A stretch of DNA of 64,000 bases from the NCBI GenBank assembly GCA_036172245.1, contig JAYWIR010000088.1:186001-250000 (forward strand). Direction: 5' to 3'. Of this stretch, positions 24,201 to 37,151 are shown piece after piece. This DNA comes from Raillietiella orientalis. Its lineage: Eukaryota. Within the stretch, counting starts at the first letter, position 1, and each line of letters opens with the position of its first letter. The notes under the pieces are model-generated. The model ran no database searches. It had not been told where the DNA came from and saw nothing but the letters and a program-made list of their open reading frames with translations. A program made the position numbers and the translations under genes.

Positions 24201-27066
24201 CGTCCAGCGGAGCACCCAGAAAACTCGGGCAGGCAAAGGTCTGTGGACGCGGCCACTGGCCAGTTCCACTCTGCACGGGTGTGAAAGTGCATCTTCATGA
24301 CTCCTGGGCACCGAAACCCTGCGCGGGTGGAAAATTCCGGAGCCTCCCGCGCGGGGCTTCGGATGCTGCTGCCTAGGAAACCGCTCGATTCGCCACCCCT
24401 TTAGATGCAGCCTCTCAGCAGTGCCCGAGGGAAGCGCGGGAAGCCGGAGCTTTCCGAGGTCGTCGGCCTCTTGAGTGCACAGTGAGTCTGTGGAAACAGA
24501 AAAGTGCGTGTGCAAGCTCTCTGCATCCGACCAGTCCGGGAGAAGAACAATATGGTAAGTCTGATTTTGTATGTTTGATAGAAAATGGTCAAATCTGGAA
24601 AGTACTAGTGGACTTTCATTACAGAAATACTTAATGCAAATATGTTGAAAGACGGTAGTGAATAAATGCTTCTCTTATAAATATTTCTAATCATAGTCAT
24701 GTAGCTCATGTCATGTTGTCTAGCAGTAGCGCAAAGTTGTTAAAAATGCCAAGCTGCTTATGTGTAGATTTTGTTATTAAAATTATTTCCATACTACGCT
24801 TATCATACTTGGTGAACTACGTTTCTTATGGTCTTCAGAAATCTAACTGTAAAGATTGCTTCAACTGGTAGAATATGAGATAGTGCTTTTATCCTTGAAT
24901 TATAAACTACAGCTTTCCAAGAATCTCCCCAAGATGCTCACATGGTAATTCAGTTGTAGCTCATATCGCAGATCCTATAGCTGACAATGTTGCGATGTGT
25001 TCCTTTTGATTTCAAAGCAGTTTCATTGTACTCCAAAACTTTTTTTACGTACAACTTTTGAAATACCCATTTCTGTAGAAATCAATGTACTTTGAAATGA
25101 AGTCATGATTAAGAATTGTACACTGTTTCTAAGAGCAGTGCTTCGGTGTTTCACTTTGGAGCCATATTTTAATTTGTGTGTTTATTAGTTTGTATGTTTA
25201 TGAGTTCATGGATCGTTAAAGTATCAGGTAATTGAGTTTGTCTGCAACTGCTGTACCTTGAAACTCAATAACCTGCTCAAGTACTACTGTACTTTTATGA
25301 AGTTTTATAATAAAGGCCTCAGGTGTGTGTAGCTAAAGGCTTTATCCTAGTTTATATTTATCATCATTTGTAGGAGTAGTAATTGTGAATCAATGTCCTC
25401 TATATAGTTTATGATGCTTGAAATTATCATCATATTTGGATACTGATTTTGTGAAGCTTCAGTTAAAATTGCAAACCTATAATTGTTTTTGTTGTTAATG
25501 CAAGAATAACATGAATGCAAATCAGTGCACAACTCAATATAGTGAATGGTAATGGGTGCTGACAACTTTTATTTTTTAAAACATGTGGCATATGGTGGAA
25601 ATTCCATCAAGCCCTGCTGCTACCACTCACTGGTCCATTGAGGCTACTTTGATTGCCGCAAGTAGTAATGGCACATTCTGTGTGGGGCCATTGTTTGTGC
25701 AGTTTCTTGTCAGTATGCTGCAAGTTTTCTAGATTGTGTCAAACAGATTCAGTCATGAGCTGTGTTTTATAGCATGAATCATTTACCAATATGAAGTAGC
25801 AATCTGCATTAGTTCATTTAATACCATTACTTATGTCTCCAACAGACTTCTACCAAATGCGTCACAAGAAATGCGAGTATGGCTTCTGTTTATCCAATTT
25901 GGTTTTTCAGTGTCCTGCTTTCGCCTCTTTCTCAGGGTTCGCACGAGTGGTATTAATTTGTATGTCTCCTAAGACTGATATTGCTCTTTTCTTCCAGTTT
26001 TGTGTAGCTGTTTGGCAGCCTTGCCTCAGTTCATTCCAGCATTGGTTTTAGGAAGCTAGTATCTGGTGTGTCATTGTCCAACAGAAGTAGCCAGTTTAAC
26101 ATATCTCCCTTACATGTTCAAAAGTTAATGCAGCCTCCCCAGATGTTGGAACTCTTTGTATATGAAATGGAATTGTGCACCCATATTGATCCACAAATGT
26201 GTGCTTGCTAGGGTTACTTGATTATTCGAGTGTTATCCTCAAGCAAATACTCATACATGCATTTGTGCACTCTTGCACTCCCATCTATGTGATGCTCTTG
26301 TATGTTGCCAAGATATGCCACACAGCCCCAGAAATGGCATTGAAGTTACTGCCAAAGATGTGCATGGTTGGGAGACCATCCCTGGCTTGTTCCTGTCTAC
26401 TCACAGTGTCAGACTATTCCATGGTCTGTGAGGTCCTCTGTACAGCCTGCAGTATTGTATTTTTGTAGTCACTTCCTTGGTAGTTCTCTACAACTTGGTC
26501 AAGAATTTGCTGACTGTGCACTCACTTTTAGATCCATACTTGATAGTGGGAATCGAATATACCTTCAGAAAATGTGCATCTTTGATGTTGGTTGTCATTT
26601 TTCTTGATTGTTCTCTCCTGGAGATAACATGGCATGATGGCAGTCGTTTCCAAAGCGTTCCAGGCTTTTGTCATACAGAATTCCTTGCTAGTATACTATA
26701 AGAGACACTATATTAAAATCTTGTGTACCACACTCCAGAAAAGCCCACCACACTCTGATGGTTTGTTTTTCACCAAACACTCTTCAATGATTCAGTGCAT
26801 TCCTCCGTGCCTGCGCAAACTGCATCGAGCAAAGTACCTGATTTTCTTTCGGCGTATATCCGGAGAACATTTCAGCTAGAGATGATCGCAAATAACTTGC
26901 AATGTTTGCCTCCGTCATGTGAGCGGATCGAGGTGTAGATTCCTATTTTATTTGCATATTATACACGTTAGAAAACAGTTACTATGGTTCCAGACTACAA
27001 GGCGGAAAATTTGACCTCATTCTTCTTTTCCGTATCATCTGCTTTTTATGTCCACTGCTGCTGTAC

Positions 27067-27985
27067 CTAGAATCGCGAGCTCCTGTAAGTGGAGTAGGGT
27101 CGCAGAGACTGTTGGAGTGGATGTCCAGGTCGATGGTTGTCCATCTGTTTCTGGAAGTCTGGCTCCCAGATGGCGAGAACTATGACATGTGGAGTGTCAT
27201 AGTACTTAATGGAGTCCTGATATTTTGGATCAAATATTATGCCATTTTTTAAGGATTCAATGTATCCGTATTGGGCGAGTTCCTTTGCATCTCTTGTAAG
27301 TGCAGCTGTGTATGTAAATTGCTTTTCTTGGTAGGAAAAGGAATTTTGCGAATGTGGTTTTTCCGTCGTTTCCTTTGGAGTCTTTAACCCAGTAGGTGTT
27401 TCCTGGATGTGGAGGCTTTCTGAGGATGCCAATGATGTCCATCTGCCATTGGTGTAGACGAAGTGATGCCATTGAGTTCGGTGCTGAGTCATTGCGGTAC
27501 ACAGGAAGCACAAGTTAATGTTTTTTCAATAAAACTTGGTGTAACCACACCAAGTTTGATGATGTATTTCTCAGTGTGCCCAGACCGAATAAGTTGGAGT
27601 ATCTAGAGGAAATGAAGTTTGAATGGTGTGGAGGTGTGTACCTTCTTTTCGTAGTTTTCTTCATTTGGGTTGTTATTGAGTGCTCCGAAGGCCCATGGAT
27701 GTTTGTCTTGCTTGGAACAGTAGAGCACGTTTGAGGAAGCGCATCTTTTTGCGTGTTCCAGGTGGCATGTTGTGAGTGGCGGACGTCGTTGTTGGATGAG
27801 AGTCCTACCTCTTTTTCTAGCTGTTACCTTCAGTATCTGAGTGAGAATTTCAGTTAGCAGCCACTCAGCGGTGTGGTATTCCTTGTCAGACTTACTTTGA
27901 CGATGATCGAAAACGCAAAGTTGATTATGTTTCAAGATTATTTTTCCTCTGACAATGGAACACCATGGTTTTCATTCTGCAGTGA
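27067..27985 (-). pseudogene. rep: Endogenous CRESS-DNA virus Rep remnant 1 (HUH endonuclease + SF3 helicase)
   Basis: Frameshifted motifs in order: PWCSI (motif I-like), QGIPHR* (motif II-like), CHLEHAK..NVLYCSKQDKHPWAFG (motif III), YWVKDSKGNDGKTTFAKFL (Walker A), YGYIESLKNGIIFDPKY, TPHVIVLAIWEPDF. Confidence 0.88.
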
Positions 27986-28936
27986 TCTGGCATCTGATCA
28001 CATGCAAGACTGAGCTCCAAACATTGTGATGCTAGGCAGTCAAGTGTAGAGTTTGGTTTGCTGTTTTCCAATGACCACTTAGAGCTTGTCTGGCGAATTA
28101 CCTTCCCAGTACATCAAGTTTTTAAAGCACTGGACAATTTCATGCTTTAAGATTCTAAGGTAATGCGCTCTAGGGCAGATTTGTATAGGATCTTGTATAG
28201 GGCGAACTACGTGATCTGAGCATTCTTCTTTGTCCTTGTCATCTCAAAGTTTTACTAGTTTTACTGTTTATGCCATCCTGAAGATATTCTGGGAACTAGA
28301 TCCACTGATTTATATGATCCTGAGATGCTGGTCTTATGGTCGACGACCGCAACATACTTGTGCTTCGAAATTTTTTGTCTTGCCAGGTACTCTTTGGTAT
28401 AGTTATTGCCTGTGGTGCTACCCTTTGCTGGTCTTGAAGTCATTGTAATCATTTGGATAACACGCTTGCTTACAAGGAAGGACTCTGTTTCTGGGTCTAG
28501 TCAATGCCGAGTGCTCATTTGAGATGGTCAGCTTGCAGGCGCAAGCCAACTTTGCGGGAATCATGTTGAGATTTCTCATGCTTACGTTTGGTTATGTAGT
28601 TGAGTATCAAAATTGTACTTCGGGTAGTGGGAACCCTAGATGGTTACCCCGCTAAATAGTCATGTGTCAGTTAGGGTGGTGTTTCTAAAACGTGGAGTTC
28701 ATCTGCTTGTTTTCATATTGTGCAGAGCATTGAATTTAGGGTTTTGGGTAGTTGGCTAATGTGTAACGACATAGTTGCAAATTCGGTTATTGAGTGGTTC
28801 TTGGAAAAAACGCTGTGCTGCTATGTAATGCATCTTTTATGCATTCTCTTTGTACGTTGCCCTCTGTTGTTATTCCTTGTCTATCGAGGGCTCTGAATGG
28901 CAATCGTCTGTGATAGAACGTTAATCAGTTAGTATT

Positions 28937-29530
28937 TCATCGATGTTCACACTGTATGAGTGGACGTTGTGGTAGACATGCTAGGATGATGAGTTGTGTT
29001 CCACCTGATGTGCTTGCGTTCATCGCAGAAGCATTGTTTGGGCTTTGTGAACACCGTACTGAATGGCCTTGCGTTCCACACTTGTTGCATTTTCCCGGAA
29101 GACACGCCGCCATTCTGTATAATGTACCTGCAGCGCCCGTAGAAGTCGGGAAATTTTTTTTTTTTACTCTGACGCGTTGCAATTGGCGTCTGATTTACCT
29201 GCCAATGTGCTCAGGTACAAAATCGCCTACTTTGTACTGGGGTGCGGGTTTGTGCCCATTTATGACGTTGGTCCGTAACTCCAGTGAGTGGCACCGCTCC
29301 TAATGCTGTCATCACGGTAACGAAGTCGCCGAAACTTTTCGCTGGTCGCGGGAATTGGAAGTGGAGGCAGTCTTGATTTCTGCCACAGAAATGGCGGGCA
29401 CGATGTCTTCAATAACCTCCATGTCAATTGGGGCGTTGCCGTTAAATAAACACGTACAGCACCCACAAGAATCACAACCTTTAAGCGGGGACGGTGAGCG
29501 TAGGAGAAACATGTCCCTCCGTTGAAGTTT
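28937..29530 (-). mobile_element. Retrotransposon 5'UTR and decayed ORF1 remnant
   Basis: GGACATG 5' motif at 29510-29516, MEVIEDIVP start similar to other ORF1s, and a CNKCGTQGH zinc knuckle. Confidence 0.65.
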
Positions 29531-31372
29531 TTTCACCCGGTCACGCCGAGGCGTTTATTGTGTAAACCAGTTCGGAACGCAGTTCCCAACTGAATATAAA
29601 AGAAGTTGAAGGGGATACTCCACCGGCACGGAGGTCGGGACAACCAAAAGTACTGAACGGGGGAGGGCAACGGGCACAACAGAAAAATAAATATGGTGGT
29701 AGCAATCCTCGAGTCCGCTCCTTTTGCACCAGGATTAGCAAGAAAACACATCGGGAAACTTACAGAGTGAACGGGAATAGGGTATGAGAAAAACGAATAA
29801 AAGGAGATACGGGACAAGCGTCACGGTATACGATATTCCTATTTTCAATCCGGCATTAGATGCCGGTAATGTTCAGAACTTGTAAGAGCTGACGGTACCT
29901 TAGAGAATTAATAAAGGCGGCCTCTATCGAAATGACCTCATCGCTGGCTGATGGTGTTGAGCACTTCACAGGCCATACCAATGTCACGGCTGAAACCCAT
30001 GGTTGCGAGGATTGCGCTCATCGAGTCTCCTTCCGGCGCGATGACCAGCCGTGGCACCTCTCCTGCGGTGTCCAGGTGCAGGAGTGCTGCTGCCAGGCTC
30101 CGCCACAGTACCTCGAGGGCACCCCAGTACAAAAGCGGATGTGGGATCCAATCTTCGTTCCCCACCCGGCACAGTCCGAGGATGACATCCCTAAGATAAT
30201 GCCGTTTAGCTGCTCCTTGAGCTGCAATCTCCAGTGGAAGACACGTTGCACGTCTTCTGATGCGTGCAAGCACTGAAGTGTTCACTCCAAGAGGAGAAAC
30301 CACAAGGTCTGCAGGGGTAACACTCAATAGTTCGCTTAATCGAAGGGGTGCTGTAGCCACAGCATGCGGAGTGGCAACATCCACCATCTAGCACGTATTT
30401 CAATGCAAGATAGTTTTTGTTATTCCTGCAATGGTGCAGGAAAACTCACTTCTGCGTTGGGCTACTCTCGTCTTTCTCCCTGAGGCCACACCGCTGCGTG
30501 AAGGGATGTGGCGGCCACAGTGGACCACTTCGCCGTGTCTTGCATCTCCACTTTCTGTGGTCATTGCAGCAGACTCTGAAGGGAGTGACGATCTTCAGTG
30601 CTGATTCCTTAGAATGCAGCTCAAGACTTAGTAGTCTCTTGCCGCCAAGCTTTCAAGTTTATTGGTTTGCAGAAGATACTTAGTTGGCTTTCTACTAGGG
30701 AGGCGACTTGCCTCATGGTGAAGCCGAATCGCCGCATCCTGTTGTGAGTGTCCGGCACCAGCTAGAAGGGTCCTTCGCTCTCGGCGCATCTCCGCAAGAT
30801 GACACGTAGAGGCGCACACTTCGGGGAAGTCTACAGCTTGCCACAGAGTGCCATCACTCGGAACTGCACTTGCTACTCGATTCCGATCCAGCGTCTGGAT
30901 GCCTAAGGCGGCATCTGGTAGCGCTGTCTCCAATTCTTTGAGACATCCTGGACCTCACAGGTACATTTAGAGCGTTCCTCAACTGGCGTTGATCCTGGAG
31001 CTTTGCCTCTCAAGAGGGCAGGCGAATTAGAAACGGAGCGTAGGAGGGACGGAACGAAGGTGTTCCAAACTGCCTCTCGTTCCGGCAGGTTTAACTTGTC
31101 ATGGAAGAACGGACCGGCAGAGAAGTCACCCTTCTGCAGTCTTTGCCCCGCAAGTCGGCGAGTGCTCCCCTGAGGAACTTTCAGCTTTTTTTTTTTTGCC
31201 GGACAAGTAACCGAGTTGCGTTTTCGTGGGTTTTGTGAAAATAAATGCCTTGAGGTAATGCAGTGAATAGCCTCTTGAAGGCAGTCCTACCGGGCTTCGG
31301 CAATACGCAAGATGCACAAAGGAACGCCAAGATGGATGAAATACTTGTCTGTCGCTATTTCCTGGAGGGTGC
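29531..31372 (-). mobile_element. L1/Tx1-like 3' portion (post-RT region, zinc finger, 3'UTR, 3' terminus)
   Basis: FIHLGVPL near 31330; ORF 29938..30387 C-terminal block; AATAAA-hairpin end at 29531-29559. Confidence 0.8.
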
Positions 31373-31374
31373 AG

Positions 31375-32410
31375 TTTTTCACCCGGGTGAGCCGGGGCTT
31401 CTATCATTAAAATTTTTCACAATACAATAAATTTCATAATAAAGTCTTGAGTTTTTCGTTTTTCTGCTTGTTTTTCAGTCGGGACATATCGCCGACTGTC
31501 TTGAGGCACTTGTCCTTACCGACCCGAAGGCCTATAAGGTCGTCCACACTGGCGAAGGAGCGGGAAAAACAAAAATAAAACAAAAAAAAAGAAAACGCCT
31601 GGGGGTAATGTTCTTCGGGAGGGGGAGGAAGGGAAGGGATCACGGCATGCCGTGAGGAGGCCTCTGCATCCGGTCACGGATGCGGACGAGTGCCTGTAAA
31701 TGCTTTCGAAGTCGGCGCCAACGGCAGGCCTTCTCTAAGGAGATGGCTGCCCAGTGGATGGCATTCCGACTGGTATGTCCTCTCCTTGACGCGGTCCACT
31801 TGTCCAGTATTCCGCGTATGCAACAGAGCACTGCTAGACATCCAAAAGCTGGCAAGGCGTCCCGCATCAGGAGTCGAAAGATGTTTTTCGAGTCGCCCCG
31901 CGGAATGTTCAAGATCGACGAGAGTCGGTCCCACATATCACGAAGGGCAACGCACTCTAGGATCAAGTGAGGGAAGGTCTCTCTTTCCTCACAGTCTGTA
32001 CAATTAGCATCCACACTCCCCGATGTCCAGTGAGACAAGCGCGCTCTGCTTAAAAGTCCCCAATGGAGCAGAAGCAACGCCGTCTCCTGCCACTGCAGGG
32101 GAAGGGTGCCGTTGTCCCAAGACGCCGGGGGCCACTTCACCTCCTCCGGAGGTAGTTCGAGCAGCGCGCCCCAGCCTAAAAGTCCATTCGGCGGGACACT
32201 CGGGGTACTAGCGTCCGCTAGTTCCCTGGACGTCCACGCCTTGAATAATTTTTTCCTGCCTCCGATGAGGCAGGACACTTCCCACGATGCCTCCTGCTGG
32301 CTGTCCCGAACTTCCCTGAGGGAGGGCAGCACTGTGGCAAGGGGGGTGAAGGAGGCCCACAGAAGCTTCCGTGGGTTGCGGACGATCTCCTGCAGTGGCT
32401 GACCAGCGTG
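31375..32410 (-). mobile_element. 5'-truncated L1/Tx1-like copy (ORF2 C-terminus and 3' end)
   Basis: ORF 31640..32332 has GLLGWGALL..LLLLHWG..CTDCEERETFPHLILEC. Terminal hairpin CCCGGCTCACCCGGGTGAAAAA. Confidence 0.88.
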
Positions 32411-32806
32411 ACTGCCTCTACGGAGGCAGTTGTACCTCTTTTCGCAGGACTATCAAACTAATGTTTATCTCAAAGGGATGAAGAATAGCAGGGAAAGCGT
32501 CTTGCATAATCCCAGACGCTTCTCATGTTTGGATCTGTTCTCGTCTGAGTTCAACGACTCCATCCAAGCATATTCACCGTGTTTGCCTGGGGCACGTTGT
32601 TCAACTAAGTTGGGACGCAGCGCTTGTGGAAGATCCCAATCTGTTATGTTTGGGTCGTTCGATCTGATCTTCTATAGTGACTAAGAACCTTGAATGCAGC
32701 AAGATCCGGTGACGGGTACGATTCGTAGTGGACATGGTTCGGTGCCCCTTGCACTCCACCATGTGATGTCTCTTGGGGCATTACGGAGTGATTCCACTCA
32801 ACGAGT

Positions 32807-33505
32807 TTGCCACTCTGGTCAATCACATCTCCTAAACCTCATAGGATTGGTTCGTGGATGTTTGGTTATATTGAGGATTATGAATCTGTAAATGAATTGT
32901 TGAAGAGTTTGAATTTGGAACAATACGCGCGTTATTATCGTTACGTGAAGATAAAAGGATGTGCTACGAAGGTGGAGCCATTGTCTCTGGGTTTAACGAT
33001 AGGCAACATGGCGGAAGAGTTTGGAATGAAAGTGTCGTATAGGAATACGATTTTGTATCAGGGCATTGCGCATGGAGAGCATTTTGGAGGGATGGCAGGT
33101 CACCATTACAGTACAGTGGTGAATCGTATTAGTGCTCATGAGAAAACGTCTGGTTGTTTTGCGCGTTAATTTGTGGTGATGGGTGTGCGAGTTTACTCGG
33201 AGGCTTACTTGGTGAAGAAGGTGAATGTGGATGGCGTGGTGTTAGATAGATATTGGAAGTGCCCTTGGATTGATTGTGCACGAGGAAGTGGTTTGGATCC
33301 TGAAACGAATGCAAATGTTGGTTTTTCTTTTATGCATATAATGAAGCATATGTCTGGTGTGGAAATTCCAGATGGATTGGAAGTAGGATGCCAGGGTGGT
33401 GTTTGTCCTAAAAACGGTCAAATGCAGAAGGGTTATCAGATTTATAAAATAACGAGAAAGTATTATGTATTGTTCAAACATCTGAGAGATGTTGGGCTAT
33501 ACTGA
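32807..33505 (+). pseudogene. Endogenous CRESS-DNA virus capsid-like gene (one internal stop at 33167-33169)
   Basis: ORFs 32807..33169 and 33173..33505 are in the same frame. Capsid-like motifs QYARYYRYVKIKGCATKVEP, YWKCPWID and C-terminal YKITRKYYVLFKHLR. Convergent with the adjacent Rep. Confidence 0.7.
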
Positions 33506-34370
33506 ATGTACACATAAATAAAGAGTGAAAATGTTTAATTGGTCTACTTCGTCATATGATGTGGAGAGTGGTGATAAGGTGGAGATGGAGGAAGAAGCAG
33601 GCGAGTCAGGGGCTTCTTCTGGATTAGAACTTGAAGAAGAAGGCCATGGGAGAATGCATATTTCCTCGGAGATCTGCCAGGGAAGTTTTTGCTTTATGTG
33701 TTGAAAGCAATCTTGTGAACGATCCATAGATCAGTAGATAATTTTGCAAAGTCGGGTTGCCAGTCCGCAAAGACGATGATGTGGGGTGGCTGGAAATATT
33801 TTAGACTTCCTTGGTATTTGGAATAAAAAATGATTCCATTTTTTAAAGATTCCATGAAGCTGTATTGCATGTGCCCATGTTATCTTTGGTGAAGTCCACC
33901 ACAATGATGCGTTCTCCGTTGTACAGGTGGGCTGCATTAGCCTTTCTGCAGGAGTGCATGTATATGGCATCTTTTTTTTAAAATAAAAACTTGGCCATCG
34001 TGGTCTTTCCAGTGTTGCCACAGGTATCGTAATACCAGTGGATTTTTCGAGAGCTGGGTGTTCGTCGGATGATGTCCAAGATATCCATCTGCCATTGTTT
34101 TAGTTGAAGGTTTGTTATGGGGTTTGGATGTTGTCTGCTCCTGAAGAGTCGGAAGCATTCTTAAATGAAGTTTATATTTTTGGAGTAAAATTGTGTGTGG
34201 TTTTTCAGGATGTAAAGTTTGTCTGCTCCGTTTTCAATAAGTTCTAGTATCTGGAAGTAGGCGTCCACCGCATATGTAGCTTCCGCTGGTGGTCTTGTTG
34301 ATGCTGGTTGCCTAATGGCATTCTTGGCTGGGAACACCATTTCAAATTTGCTCGCCTGAGCTTCAACCAT
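33497..34370 (-). pseudogene. rep: Endogenous CRESS-DNA virus Rep remnant 2 (SF3 helicase half)
   Basis: RKIHWYYDTCGNTGKTTMAKFLF, IIVVDFTK (Walker B), YSFMESLKNGIIFYSKYQG, PPHIIVFADWQPDFAKLSTDLW; contains stops and frameshifts. Confidence 0.9.
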
Positions 34371-34459
34371 ATATGTTTAAACAAAGTTTAAAAATGGGAA
34401 TCAGCCACCTGTGCAAACAGTTTCTTGCTCCTATTCATGCTCACGCGAGCTCTCCGACA

Positions 34460-35650
34460 AATCAACTACAGGCTGGTCGCTGGGGTTGCGTTTGGTATAA
34501 GGAGTAGCTGGTCGTCCACATTGTCCTCCACGTTCGGTGTGGCTGCATAGGATCTTCGCAGGTAGTCCTGTGCGCTTTAAGTAGGAACTCGAAGAATATG
34601 CTGAAGAGCTGTGGACTTAATAGAACTGTCTGCCTGATAGCCATGAGTATGGGAATACAGTACACGTGGCAGCCGCTTAAAGTAATGCAGGCTAGTGCAT
34701 GGAGCCAGCAGGAGCGCAGGTGGAGTAAGAGTTCCGTTGGGTTACGAAGGCGTTCCAAGAACTCCAAAAGCAGCTGCTGATTGAGGTCGAACGCCTTATG
34801 TAGATCCTACACTTTGATACTACACTTGTGTAGATCGACCGCGACCTCCAAGGCACCCGGCACTCCCTCCTGCCGTCGGCACCTGTTCTTTCCTGCTGCT
34901 GCAACTTTTGCTGCTGCCCGGCTTTGCTGCTCTACGCGCTCCTGCAGCCGCATCCAGGTGTGTTCGAATGGAAAGTTCGCATGCACTGACCGCATGGGGA
35001 CATTGAAAGTCAGGTCAGGTCAAGTGATCTTTTCTAGCTGCACAGCCCATGGCTTGAGAACTTGACGTCCGGGTCCATGAGAGGGATCGGACACCAGTTG
35101 TTTATGTGGCGCAAATGCACCTTCGCTGGGTGGAAGAAGATCGTACTTTCTGCCGTCTGTGGGTTGGCTGTCGTCGTCAGGGTCGATTTTTAACCGGGAG
35201 CACTGGGACGTAGATTGAAATGAATGTAAATTGGAATTTGAAAAAGGTCTTCTCAACATGGTAGGCATGGTGTACCGGACCGCAGCCATTCCGCTGTGAA
35301 TGGACGGAAAATCCTTGAGGGTGCTCTGAAGCCTCCACAGCTCGTGGATCGTGGCAAATTTAGCCTGCTCGTTCCTTATGTCGTAGTCGGAGATTTCCGA
35401 CTTCATGTCGAAAGTCTCCATCACGAAGGAGTCGTACATGGCTGCAGGTAACCTTGCCTCGGATAGACAGTGGGCTGCGCAGCAAGTGGTGCAGAAGATC
35501 CGCGTCCTAGCAGCGCACCTTGAAATAGACCTTGTTCTTAACTGGCATGATGACGAGTTCTTCGTTCCGAATGCCTATGCGGTTTAGTAGATCACTGAAC
35601 TGATCCCGGTCGCTACCGGAAAGAAACTCACCTGGTAACCGAGTGCGCGC
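34460..35650 (-). mobile_element. Decayed RT (34460-34960) and ORF1 (35250-35650) fragments
   Basis: AIRQTVLLSPQLFSIFFE and DLHKAFD (RT). SEISDYDIRNEQAKFATIHELWR..KDFPSIHSG matches ORF1 at 62111. Confidence 0.75.
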
Positions 35651-35727
35651 TTGTAGTCATGGGCTACGTTCTCCCGAAACCCAGCTTTGTCGGGGGGTTC
35701 CCCACTATTAGCTGCTGCTGTGGAAAC

Positions 35728-35855
35728 GTTGCAAAAATTTCGGAGAAATGTTTGCAAAATTTTGCAACATACAAAAGTGAGTGAGTGTAAGTTGCAAAAA
35801 ATTTTTGCAACTTACACTTCCGTCTTCCTCGCCGACGGCGAGGAAGACGGAAGTG
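35728..35855. repeat. Cluster of perfect palindromes
   Basis: TTGCAAAATTTTGCAA (35752-35767); 17-bp arms 35784-35800/35802-35818; 20-bp arms 35815-35834/35836-35855. Confidence 0.95.
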
Positions 35856-35859
35856 AAGG

Positions 35860-37115
35860 TTTTGACTCTGTAACGCCGGGACGTTTATTTCGAGAAACAA
35901 ACTACAAACTTGAAGGGACATGCATCCCTTTGAGACAGAAGAAACTTCTATACAAAAAGTGAAACCGGGAAAACCACCGGCACTCAGGCCGGCTTCAAAA
36001 AAGAATAGAACGGAGGGAAGGGACACGCTAAACAAAAAAAGAAGGGAGGGTGGACACAGGGATCTTTGGTAATGAGCGTTCCTCTTCTACAACTGCCGCT
36101 TGAGGATGGCGATTTTTCTTGGCAGATGAGGCCACCTTGCAGCCCGCCAACCCTCTTAGGTTCTCAAGCTGGCCTTGGGCTATGAAAGCCCGCATTTCTG
36201 TATCCCATATGGTCTTTCGCTGGCCACCACTCCTCAACTGTGAAGTGGGAATGGAGCCTTCCTGTCGCCAGGGACTCTTATTTTGTAAACGCTGACATGT
36301 CTACTTCTCTTCCTCATCGTTGCTTCCATCCTCCCCCGCCAGCGCCTCTTGGTCTCCCGTGGCTGCTTTCTTGCTTCCTTGTCATGCTCGTCGCTTTGCG
36401 AACGGTTCATCTTCCTTGTATGGTGTCTTTTGAAGCAAGCTTTATTGGACAAGTATCGCAGTATTTACTCGTTTGGCATCCCTCATACCTCTACTCTCTT
36501 TTCGAATGGAGATTGATGAATAGTGATGGGGATGGCGAAAAGAAAAGAAAAATACATAATAACATATAGCTTCATAGGATTTGGTTGACATGGAAAGGGA
36601 TGAATGTCTGCTCGAGGTAGTCCTCTGCATCCTTTGCAATTTGCTAGCAAATTCGTCTCTTGTTCTACTATCCAGTTGGAGCCATCTGTTTGTCCTACAT
36701 AAAGACGTGGTGTCTCGGTGAAAAGGAGCGAAGGGAAGGATTTCACTGCTGAAACCGTGGTCAACTTGGCAGTCAGCGGACGCTCCGACCCGAATGTTCC
36801 GCCTAAAGGACTTGTGCGCTGCGGCGAGCTTCTCGGAATCTCTCCAGAGGAGATGAAGTGGCTCCCGGCTTTTTGGGACAGTGGCACCCTCTCGATAAAG
36901 TAGCAAATGTTCTTGGATTGAGTTCTTGATTCTTGGGCTTCCGTCCCGTCTTCTTTGGAGGAGCCTCCGCGGAGGACTCACTTCCGGCATCCGGATCAGG
37001 ATCACCTGCTTCAGGTGCCTAGGCCGCGGCCGGTCTTCTCAAGGCTTTTTGCGCCGGTTTCTCACGGCCGACGAGTTCGGCCGCGAGCTCTTCCGCCGCC
37101 TGTTCGAAGGCAGAA
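35860..37115 (-). mobile_element. Retroelement 3' end (35860-36240) plus rearranged fragments (inverted ORF2 piece 36700-36910; ORF1 C-terminus 36915-37115)
   Basis: AATAAACGTCCCGGCG end at 35860-35889; + strand VPPKGLVRCGELLGISPEEMKW; - strand EELAAELVGREKPAQKALRRP. Confidence 0.8.
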
Positions 37116-37151
37116 GAGTGTACAGTTTAAAGGAACAAGAAATGTGTATTA

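Noticed and set aside
29531..29559. Helitron 3' hairpin as the explanation for the terminal stem-loop
   Set aside because: No CTRR end; the hairpin follows LINE ORF2/3'UTR and AATAAA, and one copy has a 17-bp TSD, which Helitrons do not make.
34029..34037. TGGTATTAC nonanucleotide-like site (minus strand)
   Set aside because: It lies inside Rep coding sequence (WYY) with no flanking stem.
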